This document shows positions 38,233 to 48,945 of a stretch of DNA of 58,086 nucleotides, piece by piece (position 1 is the first letter of the stretch; the number at the start of each line of letters is the position of its first letter). This DNA comes from an uncultured Rhodopirellula sp. Its GTDB lineage: Bacteria > Planctomycetota > Planctomycetia > Pirellulales > Pirellulaceae. Where the stretch lies: contig CAXGAI010000028.1 of assembly GCA_964007735.1 (NCBI GenBank), forward strand, positions 1 through 58,086, read 5' to 3'. Under the pieces are notes generated by a model. The model saw only the letters and a list, made by a program, of their open reading frames with translations. It did no database searches and was not told where the DNA came from. Position numbers and translations under genes: made by a program.

Positions 38233-40569
38233 TTATCGTCTTCGCTTTCGCTTTTTTTTGCGGTTTGCGATGGCGCGCAGCGTAGACCGCTTTTTAGGAT
38301 TTCCTTTTCGTTTCCGATGTCCACTTCGGCCACGATCACCGGCATGGGGCCGCTGTAATGGAGGGCCACCGACAGAGATTAGCTTTTTGACGAACATTAA
38401 GTCCACTTCACGTTGATCCATATCAACATGATGCACTTTGACGGCTAGCGTGTCACCTAAGCGGAAGTCATTGCCGCTTCGATGACCCACTAAAGCATGA
38501 GCTCCGGTGACCATAGTGTAGTGATCATCCTTGAGAGCATTGACGGGGAGAAGCCCTTCAAACGGTACTTTAACGCCTTGTACAAACAATCCAAATTTTT
38601 CCACGCCCGTTACGACAGCCACGAATTCGCTGTCGGCATGATCGTGTAGGTATCTTAGCAGTTTAAGCTTCTTCAATTCCTTCTCTGCCGACTCGGCATT
38701 TCGCTCACGATCGCTACAGTGGTTTCCTAACTCGACAAGCTTAGGGAAGTCCTGGACGGGGGGGCGTTGATCAATGAGCTGATTGCAGAGTCGATGGATC
38801 GTGAGGTCTGGATAACGCCGGATTGGGGAGGTGAAATGAGCGTAATGTTCGAAGTTGAGAGCATAATGCCGCTCTTCATCCGGCCCGTAAACAGCCTTTT
38901 GCATGCTTTTTAAAATGGCTAGCTGTATTGGTTGTTCATACGGCTTATCGGTGATTTGAGCGACGATATCCTTGAGTTGGAAGCGGTTAGTGATTTCCTC
39001 CGACTCGACGCCCATGTCTTTTACAAACTGAGTTAATTTAGACAATTTTCGGGGAGAGGGATCAGGGTGGATCCGACGCAGGAATTTGAGTTCACAGTCA
39101 TTGAGCTTGGTGGCTACCGCTTGGTTCGCGGCCAGCATAAACTCCTCAATGATTTGATGGCTTTCGGTATTACTGACACGATGAGCTCCACTTACTCGCC
39201 CGTTCTTATCAAGATCGATTTTGACTTCGGGTAGACCGATTTCTAATGATCCGTTGTCCATGCGGCGTTTGCGAAGCATCATGGCTAGCATGTGCATCCG
39301 ATCCAACAGATAGTAAACCTTTTCGTCCAGTTGTTTTTTCCATTTCGAGCGGTTAGCCAAGAAGTCATCGACTTCTTGGTAGTTGAAGCGGTGGTCACTG
39401 TTAATGACAGATCTTTTTACATCACTATTTACGGGCATGCCTTCGGCTGTAAATTCGATAAAGATGGATTTGGCATAGCGGTTCTTATTGGGTTGCAGGC
39501 TAGCCAGATTGTTGGAGATGATCTCCGGCAACATGGGGATGACCATGTCGGGCAAGTAGACACTGGTGGCTCGAATTGCAGCTTCCTGATCAAGCAGTGA
39601 TCCCGAGGGTACGAAATGAGCGACATCTGCGATATGTACTCCCAGAATCCAGTGTCCGTTTTTGGTTTGTTCGAGACTAATCGCATCGTCAAAGTCACGA
39701 GCGTCGAATGGATCGATAGTAAGTGTGGTGGTTTGTGTTAGGTCTTCACGGTTGGTAAAGTCATCCTCATCGAAGGCTTCGGCTTGTCGGCGGGCATCTT
39801 CGAGCACGGCTTCCGGAAATTCGACTCGCAGGCCAAATTCCGCAATGATCATCTTGGTATCGACACCAGGTTCCCCTCTTTCACCTAATACATCAGTAAT
39901 CACTGCTTCACCGTCATCGTAGGCTGACGGGAACCGGACCATTTCAATAACAACTTTAAGACCGGGTTGAGCTCCCTTAGCGCCGGGGTCACCTACCGGG
40001 ACGGGTTGTTGAAAATGAGAGCCGTCGACGCGGACAAAACCTTGTTCATTGTGTATGTGGTAAGTTCCGACAAATTGATAACGGGCTCGTTCTAAAACTT
40101 CGACCACACTGGCACGTTGTTGTCCCTGCTCACGACCTCGACGTCGACCACCTGAACCAAGTCTGACTCGAACCGTATCGCCCCGACAGGCGTCCAGAAT
40201 TTCATGGGCAGGAATGAAAAGATCGGCGTCCCGCCCCGCTGAGGCCGGTGTCCCTTCCGGGCGTACAAACCCAAATCCCCCCGAGGCTTTAAAAAATGTT
40301 CCTTCGACCGTATTTCGTAAATCCGACGGGGGACTAGAATTCGTTGGTGTCTTTACTGTAGTTGCTGAGCCATCGGCTACCATGACGAGATGTTTAGGGC
40401 CAAATTTGGCCTGCCCCTGACGAATGAGACTTTTGACAGCCCTACGAACTCTATGTCGGTCATCCGGCGAGAGATGTAGTTGTTTACAAATCACGCGGGG
40501 TTTCACCGGTTGGTAATTCTCTTTCCGGATATGCTCCAGAATGAGTGTTTCCAAATCTTGAGGATCCAT
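38233..40569 (-). CDS. rnr: Ribonuclease R
   Basis: TIDP.DARDFDDA, HFTSPIRRYPDL, S1 domain and basic tail; ATG at 40569 preferred. Confidence 0.94.
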   Translation of the reverse strand: MDPQDLETLILEHIRKENYQPVKPRVICKQLHLSPDDRHRVRRAVKSLIRQGQAKFGPKHLVMVADGSATTVKTPTNSSPPSDLRNTVEGTFFKASGGFGFVRPEGTPASAGRDADLFIPAHEILDACRGDTVRVRLGSGGRRRGREQGQQRASVVEVLERARYQFVGTYHIHNEQGFVRVDGSHFQQPVPVGDPGAKGAQPGLKVVIEMVRFPSAYDDGEAVITDVLGERGEPGVDTKMIIAEFGLRVEFPEAVLEDARRQAEAFDEDDFTNREDLTQTTTLTIDPFDARDFDDAISLEQTKNGHWILGVHIADVAHFVPSGSLLDQEAAIRATSVYLPDMVIPMLPEIISNNLASLQPNKNRYAKSIFIEFTAEGMPVNSDVKRSVINSDHRFNYQEVDDFLANRSKWKKQLDEKVYYLLDRMHMLAMMLRKRRMDNGSLEIGLPEVKIDLDKNGRVSGAHRVSNTESHQIIEEFMLAANQAVATKLNDCELKFLRRIHPDPSPRKLSKLTQFVKDMGVESEEITNRFQLKDIVAQITDKPYEQPIQLAILKSMQKAVYGPDEERHYALNFEHYAHFTSPIRRYPDLTIHRLCNQLIDQRPPVQDFPKLVELGNHCSDRERNAESAEKELKKLKLLRYLHDHADSEFVAVVTGVEKFGLFVQGVKVPFEGLLPVNALKDDHYTMVTGAHALVGHRSGNDFRLGDTLAVKVHHVDMDQREVDLMFVKKLISVGGPPLQRPHAGDRGRSGHRKRKGNPKKRSTLRAIANRKKKRKRRR

Positions 40570-40759
40570 GAAGATTCCCTTGAATGCCCTTCGAACACAG
40601 GTCAATTTATAAGGTTGTTATTTTTGCTAGACAAATGGCTAGCTTTATTTTGGTTGCTGACTCTAGTAGGACCTATTTATTGCTTCAGACTATTATGGCA
40701 AATGGAGCTTTTTTATCCCGCGCTATTTGAAACTCATTACCAGTCTACGACGGGTTCAT

Positions 40760-41731
40760 CTAATTCTGTAAGGCTTTCTTATAGAGTTTTCTTCCCAGAG
40801 AAGGAATAAATGGTGTCCAATTGTCTCCAGGATTAGCTTCGCTGGCCATGGCATGTGAAAACTGATGAACTTTGGCGTCCAGATTATCGATCATGTGAAG
40901 CACTAGCGCCTCTAGGGTCATTGGTAATTTCGGACTACCAAAATCATATTGTCCATGGTGACTGATGATTAGATGTTTGATTTGAATTGCAAGTTCCTGA
41001 GGGAACGTTTTATTTTGAGCTGTTTCCCAAATACTTATCTGCTTACCTATCAGTTCTACCCCCATCACCAGATGGCCTAGAAGTTGTCCTTCGTCAGTGT
41101 ATTCAAGGCTTCGTTCGTATGCTAATTCATCGGTTTTGGAAAAGTCGTGTAATAGTACGCCGACAATCACTAGATCCCGATTCACCTGTGGATAATGCCG
41201 AACCACCGATTCGGCCAATTCCATCAGTGACACGACGTGATGTAACAAGCCACCTTGATAGGCGTGATGATTCTTTATTCCTGCCGGGGCGCGCGTGAAT
41301 TTGTTCATGATTTCAGTCGTGTCGATATATTGTTGCGACAGCGAGCGAAGATTCTCATCGTCAATGGAGTCTACAAACTGACGTAACTGCACGATCAATT
41401 TTCCAATGTCTTCATTCGTAAGTGTGTGAAAGTCCGATTCATCGACTTTTGTTTCATCCACTTTCTTTAGGTGTTGGACGATGATTTGCAGGTTGCCATT
41501 GAACAGTTGAGTCGTGCCTTTGATCAGTACGTAGTCACCATTCTCAAAACTATCGTAGACATCCTGGTTGGCATTCCACTGCATCGCGTTGACGCTACCG
41601 GATTTGTCTGAAAGTGAGAGTTGCAGGTACAGATTGCCTTGTCGATTAGGACGAAGCTGTTTACCGTTGGCGATATACACCTGATTGATGTTCTCACCTT
41701 CGCCGAGTTGATTGATGTACTTGCGACTCAT
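40760..41731 (-). CDS. yhaM: 3'-5' exoribonuclease YhaM family (OB + HD)
   Basis: N-terminal OB fold, HHAY.GGLL.H, LLHD, SHHG, DNLD. Confidence 0.88.
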   Translation of the reverse strand: MSRKYINQLGEGENINQVYIANGKQLRPNRQGNLYLQLSLSDKSGSVNAMQWNANQDVYDSFENGDYVLIKGTTQLFNGNLQIIVQHLKKVDETKVDESDFHTLTNEDIGKLIVQLRQFVDSIDDENLRSLSQQYIDTTEIMNKFTRAPAGIKNHHAYQGGLLHHVVSLMELAESVVRHYPQVNRDLVIVGVLLHDFSKTDELAYERSLEYTDEGQLLGHLVMGVELIGKQISIWETAQNKTFPQELAIQIKHLIISHHGQYDFGSPKLPMTLEALVLHMIDNLDAKVHQFSHAMASEANPGDNWTPFIPSLGRKLYKKALQN

Positions 41732-41946
41732 GATTTCTATCGTTTTCCAGAGGGAGAAAGGAACGTATATGAAAATGACGTTGTGTTCAGAGGCAATCTA
41801 ACTGGAAAACTTTGAAGCCACAAGGTGTCAAACGTAAATCTCTGGTTGTCGCACTCCGTGATACTGACCTAAAATAGGGGGCTACCTAACAGGCAGTAGT
41901 CAGTATTCAATCTTATTAAATTCAACAAGCGTTGAGAAAGTCACCA

Positions 41947-43449
41947 ATGGGCAAACAGAATCGTACGGCCATTAGTCCAACTCGTAGTGAAGATTATCCA
42001 CAATGGTATCAGCAGGTTATTAAAGCAGCCGATTTAGCCGAAATTTCTCCGGTTCGTGGTTGTATGGTAATCAAACCATGGGGATGGTCAATCTGGGAGA
42101 ATATGCAGCAAGTACTCGACGGTATGTTCAAAGATACCGGGCATGTGAATGCCTATTTCCCCCTGTTTATTCCTATGAGCTTTCTGGAAAAAGAAGCAGA
42201 GCACGTCGATGGCTTTGCAAAGGAATGCGCCGTTGTCACGCACCATCGACTCGAACCCGGGCCAGACGGTGGGTTGGTACCTGCGGGGCCTCTTGAAGAA
42301 CCTTTAATCGTACGTCCGACCAGTGAGACGATCATTGGGGCAATGTATGCCAAATGGGTTCAGTCCTATCGTGATCTACCAATCAAGATCAATCAGTGGG
42401 CTAATGTTGTTCGTTGGGAGATGCGTACTCGAATGTTCCTTCGAACGGCTGAATTCTTGTGGCAGGAAGGACATACGTGTCACGCGTCTGAAGAAGAAGC
42501 TTTGGAAGAGACTCGGTTGATGCTCGATGTTTATGCTGACTTTGCTGAGAATGTGATGGCGATGCCTGTCATCAAAGGCGAGAAAACAGTGGATGAAAGA
42601 TTCCCTGGCGCGGTTTCTACATTAACGATCGAAGCAATGATGCAGGATAAGAAAGCACTCCAGGCTGGAACGTCACATTTCCTTGGCCAGAATTTTTCCC
42701 GGGCACAGGAAATTATTTATCAGGATCAGGAAGGTCAGCAGCAATTTGCATGGACGACTTCATGGGGCGTCTCTACAAGACTCGTTGGTGCTTTGATCAT
42801 GACGCATAGTGATGACGATGGCTTAGTACTGCCCCCGAGACTTGCTCCAAAGCAAATTGTCATCCTGCCAATTATTAAAGGCGATGATACACGGCAGTCG
42901 GTCCTTGATTACTGCGAAACGCTGAAGCAGGAGTTAGAGGCTCAGTATTACGCTGATGGCAAGGTTCGTGTCATGATCGATGACCGTGATATGCGGGGCG
43001 GCGAGAAAAAGTGGTATCACGTGAAAAGGGGAGTACCACTTCGAGTCGAAGTGGGGCCGCGAGATATTGAAAATAATCAGGTATTTGTTGGGCGTCGTGA
43101 CACGGGGGAAAGTCAGTCCGTGGGACGTGAGGAATTTGTACATGGGATCACAGAGACGTTGGAACAATTCCAACAAGATCTATTCGATCGGGCTCTCAAA
43201 CTGCGTGAAGACAATACGAGAGAAGTGAACTCATTAGAAGAATTTGAAGAGTATTTTTCAGACAAAGACGGGCAGGGTGGTTTCGTAAGTTGTCACTTTG
43301 TTGAGGGAGATCCACAGATACTCAATATGATCGCCAAGTACAAAGTGACGATTCGCTGTATGCCGCTTGATGGCAATGCCGAGCAAGGTACATGTATTTT
43401 TACGGGCCAGCCTAGTACTCGTCGAGCCATATTCGGTAGATCCTACTGA
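41947..43449 (+). CDS. proS: Proline--tRNA ligase (archaeal/eukaryote-like type, no INS editing domain)
   Basis: RPTSET, QWANVVRWE, FLRT.EFLWQEGH, QAGTSH.LGQNF, SWGVSTR; ATG at 41947 preferred over TTG at 41932. Confidence 0.96.
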   Translation: MGKQNRTAISPTRSEDYPQWYQQVIKAADLAEISPVRGCMVIKPWGWSIWENMQQVLDGMFKDTGHVNAYFPLFIPMSFLEKEAEHVDGFAKECAVVTHHRLEPGPDGGLVPAGPLEEPLIVRPTSETIIGAMYAKWVQSYRDLPIKINQWANVVRWEMRTRMFLRTAEFLWQEGHTCHASEEEALEETRLMLDVYADFAENVMAMPVIKGEKTVDERFPGAVSTLTIEAMMQDKKALQAGTSHFLGQNFSRAQEIIYQDQEGQQQFAWTTSWGVSTRLVGALIMTHSDDDGLVLPPRLAPKQIVILPIIKGDDTRQSVLDYCETLKQELEAQYYADGKVRVMIDDRDMRGGEKKWYHVKRGVPLRVEVGPRDIENNQVFVGRRDTGESQSVGREEFVHGITETLEQFQQDLFDRALKLREDNTREVNSLEEFEEYFSDKDGQGGFVSCHFVEGDPQILNMIAKYKVTIRCMPLDGNAEQGTCIFTGQPSTRRAIFGRSY

Positions 43450-43534
43450 TATCTCAGACGGTCACAGTTCTCCCCGGATCGATTCGAATGTTTGAGAGGA
43501 TTGACGATCGAGTTCACTATAAGGAACAATTGAA

Positions 43535-44074
43535 ATGGGAGATATTCAATCTCAACGTCCTGTGCTTTTGGTGATCGGAGCCTTTGGTCAAACAAAGGAT
43601 TCTTTGGAATTCGTATATGATAAAGCAGTAGAACAGTGGGGTGCCGTGCAACTCATATCTCCCTTATTTGAGTTTGATCAAACCACGTATTATTGCGAGA
43701 CGATGGGCTCAGACTTAAAAAAACAGTTCTGGGCCCTCAAAACCCTCATTGATCAGGGCGAATTGCCTAAAATCAAACATCTTACAAATGAATGGGAAGC
43801 TGAATATGCCGATAAATACAAGAGTGAACATGTCGCTCGTCCGGTGAATATCGACCCAGGCTATTTGACGGAGGCCAAATTGGTTTTGGCTACCACCAAA
43901 GATCGGGATCATCGATTGTATTTGGCAGAGGGGATTTTTGGGGAGGTGACGCTGTACTATCAGCGTCGGCAATGGAAATCGAGCCATTGGACCTACCCGG
44001 ATTATCTGACGGCCGGGTATCATCAGTTTTTTAGCGACTGTCGAAACTTTCTGCGAGAACAGTATCAGGATTGA
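43535..44074 (+). CDS. DUF4416 family protein
   Basis: RPVNIDPGYL..KLVLATTKD..HRLYL and YPDY motifs. Confidence 0.8.
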   Translation: MGDIQSQRPVLLVIGAFGQTKDSLEFVYDKAVEQWGAVQLISPLFEFDQTTYYCETMGSDLKKQFWALKTLIDQGELPKIKHLTNEWEAEYADKYKSEHVARPVNIDPGYLTEAKLVLATTKDRDHRLYLAEGIFGEVTLYYQRRQWKSSHWTYPDYLTAGYHQFFSDCRNFLREQYQD

Positions 44075-44148
44075 GCCGTAGAGTAATACTCGGGTGTGTT
44101 GACTTCTGATTTGGTTCTTCGGGTTACCAATTTGATTATTTTGGTTCG

Positions 44149-45273
44149 GTGATGGACGTTGCATTTCCTTATTGGGTACTTCCCCTCATTTTACTCCCCA
44201 GCATGTTGATTAGCTGGTTGTCGATCTATGTGATACGTCGTCGTGCTGCCAAATGGGGCCTGATGGATCAGCCAAACGACCGGAAGGTTCACGTAATGCC
44301 AATCCCCTTAGGAGGGGGGCTGGGTATTTGGTTAGGAGTTATTATCACGTTTCTCCTTGGCACGCTTCTAGTAGCGTTTAACGGATCGGTGGTTCAGTTC
44401 TTGCCAGACCAGTTCAGAGTTTATGTCGAAGGATTGGAAACGCAACTAGCAGATCTGTGGGTCTTGTTGATTGCGGGGACAGCGTTAATGCTCGTCGGTT
44501 TAGTGGATGATCTACGGGGCTTGAGTTGGAAGTTTCGTTTGGCAATTCAGTTTGTTGTGGCGACTGCTTGCGTCGTGTTACAGGAATGGTATTTCACTGC
44601 ATTTATTCCTTACCGAATTGTCACGGTTATCTGCACGGTGTTTTGGATTGTAATGCTGATCAATGCATTTAATATGCTTGACAATATGGATGCCGCGGCC
44701 GGTGGGGTCGCCGTGATTTGCTCGATCATGTTGGTATTGTATGTTGTGTTGCCGGGAGTTTCGTCCCAAGGACCGCAGTTCTTTGTTGCAGGGCTGCTGC
44801 TAGTTTTCATAGGTTCCCTGCTAGGCTTTTTATGGCATAACAAACCGCCCGCAAAAATATTTATGGGAGATGCTGGCAGTTACTTTGTTGGTTTTTGCAT
44901 CGCCATTGCAACGATTCTCACGACATATACAGATGGGGATAAGCCGGTTGTTCATGCTGTTATTGCCCCACTGATTATTATGGCTGTTCCGATTTATGAT
45001 TTATGTACGGTGATTGCTATTCGGATTTCAGAAGGACGAAGTCCGTTTAAGCCAGATAAAGCTCATTTCTCACACCGACTTGTTGAGTTGGGGCTGTCAA
45101 AGCCGCGAGCTGTTCTCACAATGTTCTTGGTGACAGCCACAACTGGTGTTTCAGCCTTATTGCTTCCTCAGGTCAGTTTGAGTGGAGCGCTATTGATCGT
45201 TGGTTTGACTTTTTGCGTTTTGCTTTTGGTGGCAATTCTGGAAAGTACAGCACGTAATAAGCTCAATAGTTGA
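44149..45273 (+). CDS. Undecaprenyl-phosphate GlcNAc-1-phosphate transferase (WecA/TagO, MraY family)
   Basis: RKVH..P.P..GG, GLVDD, NAFNMLDNMD, FMGDAG, HFSHRL. Confidence 0.9.
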   Translation: MMDVAFPYWVLPLILLPSMLISWLSIYVIRRRAAKWGLMDQPNDRKVHVMPIPLGGGLGIWLGVIITFLLGTLLVAFNGSVVQFLPDQFRVYVEGLETQLADLWVLLIAGTALMLVGLVDDLRGLSWKFRLAIQFVVATACVVLQEWYFTAFIPYRIVTVICTVFWIVMLINAFNMLDNMDAAAGGVAVICSIMLVLYVVLPGVSSQGPQFFVAGLLLVFIGSLLGFLWHNKPPAKIFMGDAGSYFVGFCIAIATILTTYTDGDKPVVHAVIAPLIIMAVPIYDLCTVIAIRISEGRSPFKPDKAHFSHRLVELGLSKPRAVLTMFLVTATTGVSALLLPQVSLSGALLIVGLTFCVLLLVAILESTARNKLNS

Positions 45274-47573
45274 TTAGAGGGGCCTGTGGCATCGTGATAG
45301 AAGAATCGCCGGTACAAACTGAATTCGCGGAACGTCAAACGACATGGTTTGGGGCATTACAGTTAATGCTGATTGCTTTGTTGGCGTCCACGGCTTTTCT
45401 AACGGGAGATGGACCAGCTGTTGCCGAGGGAATGACTACATGGCTTGTGCTCGGCTTTACGCTATTGGGTAGTTTCTGGGGTATCTATCAAATACTCTGT
45501 CCCACGGTTAGGTTCTATCGACAATGGCCCGCGTTTTTATTGTCATTATCGATGGTTGCGATGTTGGTTGCTGTATTTGGTAATTCAGACGATGGTGATT
45601 TTCGAGCTTCCGTCAACAGTTGGTGGCAGTGGGTTGCATTTGCGGTAGGATTTTTATTAATCAATCAACTCTTTCATACAGAGAGAGTCGCGCGAGGTAT
45701 CATTGCAGTCATGGTCGCGATAGCAGTCGCGTTATCGTGTATCGGTATTTATGATTCTCTAGTGAAAATTCCGGAATTGAGATCGGAGTACTTTGCAGGT
45801 ACTGAGCGTCAAAGAGTCGCAATGCTGCAGGACGCTGGAATTTCAGATACCAGAGTCGGATCTCCCGGCCGCTATCATTTTGAAAGTCGAATCCAAAGTC
45901 CGGAACCTTATGTGACTTTTGCTTTGACCAATTCGCTGGCCGGATTTTTAGCACCTTGGTTCACGTTGTTGCTACTGACGACTCTGACACCTGGCCAACA
46001 GTTGATGCGGAAAAAAGAAATCTTTAAGCTGCTTGTATTGATAGGGATTGTCGCGTTCTGTATGGTGCTGACAAAAAGTCGTTCAGCGTGCTGCGCTGTC
46101 GCCTTGAGTGTTTTGATTGCGGGAGTTTTTCTGAAATCCTACCGCACAGTAGCCATTAAAGCGACGGTGGTGTTGGGAGGCATTGGATGTGTTGTGTTCG
46201 TATTGGGGCTGCTGACCCACCGGCTCGACACCAAAATTCTGACAGAAGCGGTTAAGAGCTTGGATTTCCGTATGGAATATTGGGAAAGCTCAACAGCAAT
46301 GGCCACAGATAACTTCTGGATGGGAGTGGGGCCAGGTAATTTTAGGGATCACTATACGCTGTATAAGAAAGTAGCTGCTTCGGAGTCGATTGCGGACCCA
46401 CACAACTGGCCTCTGGAGATTCTCACTAATTTTGGAGTCCTTGTATTGCTTTTGATTTGCGGAGTGTTTGCAACAGCTTATCATCGCTTCACCGTGCTAA
46501 CACACCAAACGTGTGAATCAGAGGTAAACGCTCGCCATTTAGCCAGCCGTTTTCCAGAGTTGTCAGCGAACAAGATTTACTTAGCAGGTGTAGTAGGGTG
46601 TTTACTCGGCCTGTTGATTGACCAACTGAGTTATGCATTGATTCCGCTATCCGTTTTCTATGTTGCCTTACCTGTTTTTGTGATTGTTATTTTCTTGCTG
46701 CAAGGCTGGGTAGATCGTGGTGTATTAAATCGTTCCCACGTTCTAGTTGCCTTCGTTTGCTGGTTGCTTAATTTAATGGTGGCCGGCGGAATTTCGTATC
46801 CCGGCGTCGCTTTTAGCGGTTGGTTATTGTTGGGATTAGCGATCAGTTCTTGGCGGGTGCCATTCAAGCCGGGGGAACACGTGCTCATGCCCAAGTCACA
46901 GCGTTGGACAATCTTGGCGATCATGGTGTCCTTGCCGTTACTGGCCTTCGTGACGTCGCACCGTCCCGTGACCGCGTCAGACTATCATTTGATGAATGCT
47001 AGATTCTATTTGAGTCAGAATCAATTGAATCCGGCAGCCAAGCATCTCCAACAGGCGATCGAAGATGATCCGTATGGAATAGATGCGCATATTCTTTATG
47101 CCAATGTCTTGTTCATGAAGTTAAGCCAATCTGCGGACGAAGAGCTTATGAGTGAATACGAAACACTGGTTTCGCAGACCTTGATGTTAAATACAAAGTC
47201 CCAAATGAACTTTGAACTTTTCTCGCAACAGGCTCTATTACTTTATCAGCATTACCAGTTACCTGATGCATTGGAGCGGGCATTGGCCTATGCCAAGCAT
47301 GAATCAGAGTTATATCCTGAGAATGCCTATATTTGGGCTCGATTGGCAGTCTGTCAATATTATGCGGGTCAGTTAAGTGAAATGGAGGCATCCATCGAGC
47401 GAGCTTTGAGTCTTGATGCAGAAAATCCACACTTAGAGTTCAAATTGAGTAATCGGCGACTATTAGAGGCTGATTTTGCAGGATGGAAAGGCCATCGTGT
47501 TTATTTTGAAAAAATCGATGAATCAGTAGAACAATGCCTCGATCATCTCCGTAATAAAGCGAAACAACAGTAA
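45270..47573 (+). CDS. O-antigen ligase (Wzy_C) family membrane protein with C-terminal TPRs
   Basis: Many TM segments, LTKSRS, R..YW..., GVGPGNF, PHN motif; alternative start GTG at 45294. Confidence 0.85.
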   Translation: MIRGACGIVIEESPVQTEFAERQTTWFGALQLMLIALLASTAFLTGDGPAVAEGMTTWLVLGFTLLGSFWGIYQILCPTVRFYRQWPAFLLSLSMVAMLVAVFGNSDDGDFRASVNSWWQWVAFAVGFLLINQLFHTERVARGIIAVMVAIAVALSCIGIYDSLVKIPELRSEYFAGTERQRVAMLQDAGISDTRVGSPGRYHFESRIQSPEPYVTFALTNSLAGFLAPWFTLLLLTTLTPGQQLMRKKEIFKLLVLIGIVAFCMVLTKSRSACCAVALSVLIAGVFLKSYRTVAIKATVVLGGIGCVVFVLGLLTHRLDTKILTEAVKSLDFRMEYWESSTAMATDNFWMGVGPGNFRDHYTLYKKVAASESIADPHNWPLEILTNFGVLVLLLICGVFATAYHRFTVLTHQTCESEVNARHLASRFPELSANKIYLAGVVGCLLGLLIDQLSYALIPLSVFYVALPVFVIVIFLLQGWVDRGVLNRSHVLVAFVCWLLNLMVAGGISYPGVAFSGWLLLGLAISSWRVPFKPGEHVLMPKSQRWTILAIMVSLPLLAFVTSHRPVTASDYHLMNARFYLSQNQLNPAAKHLQQAIEDDPYGIDAHILYANVLFMKLSQSADEELMSEYETLVSQTLMLNTKSQMNFELFSQQALLLYQHYQLPDALERALAYAKHESELYPENAYIWARLAVCQYYAGQLSEMEASIERALSLDAENPHLEFKLSNRRLLEADFAGWKGHRVYFEKIDESVEQCLDHLRNKAKQQ

Positions 47574-47591
47574 CTCCGAAAATACTGCCTT

Positions 47592-47632
47592 ACCCCGTGA
47601 ACCCCGATTTGGTCGGTTTTCACGGGGTTTTT
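47592..47632 (+). terminator. Intrinsic terminator ending the proS-ligase unit
   Basis: ACCCCGTGAA...TTCACGGGGT followed by TTTT. Confidence 0.8.
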
Positions 47633-47701
47633 AAGTGAATGTGGTAGACTTAGTGATATCGTGAAATTGCTTGGTTTGCAGCTCCTATTTACAGGTTTCT
47701 A

Positions 47702-48928
47702 ATGCGTCTATTTACAGTTTTAGTACTCGCGGTCTTCGCTGGTAGCATTGCCGGCATGTTACACAGTCAATGGAATTTATCCGGGATTCGTGAGCAGTTG
47801 CGACCAATTAATTCAGGCAGTGTTTCGCAATTCGTCGGGAAGTTCGAAACAGATGAAAGTGCACCGGTTGATGGTCCGATTGCGGTCGTCGTCGGATCAA
47901 CGGAATATGATTTTGGAACGATGGAGCGACGGGGAGTTCGTACTCACACGTTTGTGATTCGCAACGACGGCACAAAGCCACTCGCGCTTGAAAAAGGTGA
48001 AACCACGTGTAAGTGTACCTTGAGTTCGCTCGCTTCCGACGAAATTGATCCAGGTGAGTCGGTCGAGGTTCGTTTGGAATGGACCGCTCGCGAAGTAGGA
48101 CCTTCCTTGCGTTTTGCTCAAACAGCCGACATTATTACCAATGACCCCAACAATCGAACGATCCAACTGGTTGTGAAAGGGCAGATCATTCAGTCCGTCA
48201 TGCCCCGACCTGATGTCCTTACGATGAATGGCTTGTCTTCAGGCGAGGGGATTACCGTCAAAGGTAAGATCTTTACTTACAAAGAGGTTGAGGAGCCACT
48301 ACAAATTGTAGATATCACATTTCTTGAAGATACGCCTGAAGATCTGATCGAAATTACATTTGTGGAGTTGACCGAGGAAGAAGTAAAGAAAGAATTGCGA
48401 GCTTACAGCGGATTAGAAATGACGGTGAAGTTGGCGGCAGGATTACCTCCGGGTTCCTTTAGTTTTCCTGTAAGGCTCACGACAAACCTTCCGGATGCTC
48501 CGAAAGTAGATGTCTTTCTGAATGGATCGGTCGATACAGATATTACTATTTTTGGGAAAGGCTATCGCGCTTCCCGTGAGTCTGGCAGCCAGCATATTGG
48601 TGTTTTGAATTTGACACCCGTTTCTTCAGAACAAGGATTTGAAACCAGTATTAATCTGGTAGTAAAAGGTGCTTACCGAGAAAGTGTTACGTTTGCCGTG
48701 AAAGAAGTCGACCCGGCTTCACATTTGGAGCTGAGTTTGGGCGAACCGGTCTCTATTGGTAATGGAAAGACTTACCATCACAGGCTCACGATTAAGATCC
48801 GACCCGACGCTAAGCAGATCAGTCGTCGTGGCGGAAATTTAGGCATGCCTGCTCGAATTGTCTTGAGTAGTACGCATCCATTCGTAAAAGAAGTCTCGCT
48901 AGAAGTTTTAATGTCGGTTACTAAGTAG
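47702..48928 (+). CDS. DUF1573 domain (Ig-like) exported protein
   Basis: N-terminal signal/anchor; YDFG..F..RN.G..PL...TTCKCT...PGES..TNDP. Confidence 0.85.
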   Translation: MRLFTVLVLAVFAGSIAGMLHSQWNLSGIREQLRPINSGSVSQFVGKFETDESAPVDGPIAVVVGSTEYDFGTMERRGVRTHTFVIRNDGTKPLALEKGETTCKCTLSSLASDEIDPGESVEVRLEWTAREVGPSLRFAQTADIITNDPNNRTIQLVVKGQIIQSVMPRPDVLTMNGLSSGEGITVKGKIFTYKEVEEPLQIVDITFLEDTPEDLIEITFVELTEEEVKKELRAYSGLEMTVKLAAGLPPGSFSFPVRLTTNLPDAPKVDVFLNGSVDTDITIFGKGYRASRESGSQHIGVLNLTPVSSEQGFETSINLVVKGAYRESVTFAVKEVDPASHLELSLGEPVSIGNGKTYHHRLTIKIRPDAKQISRRGGNLGMPARIVLSSTHPFVKEVSLEVLMSVTK

Positions 48929-48945
48929 AACCAGAATTACGGCTT

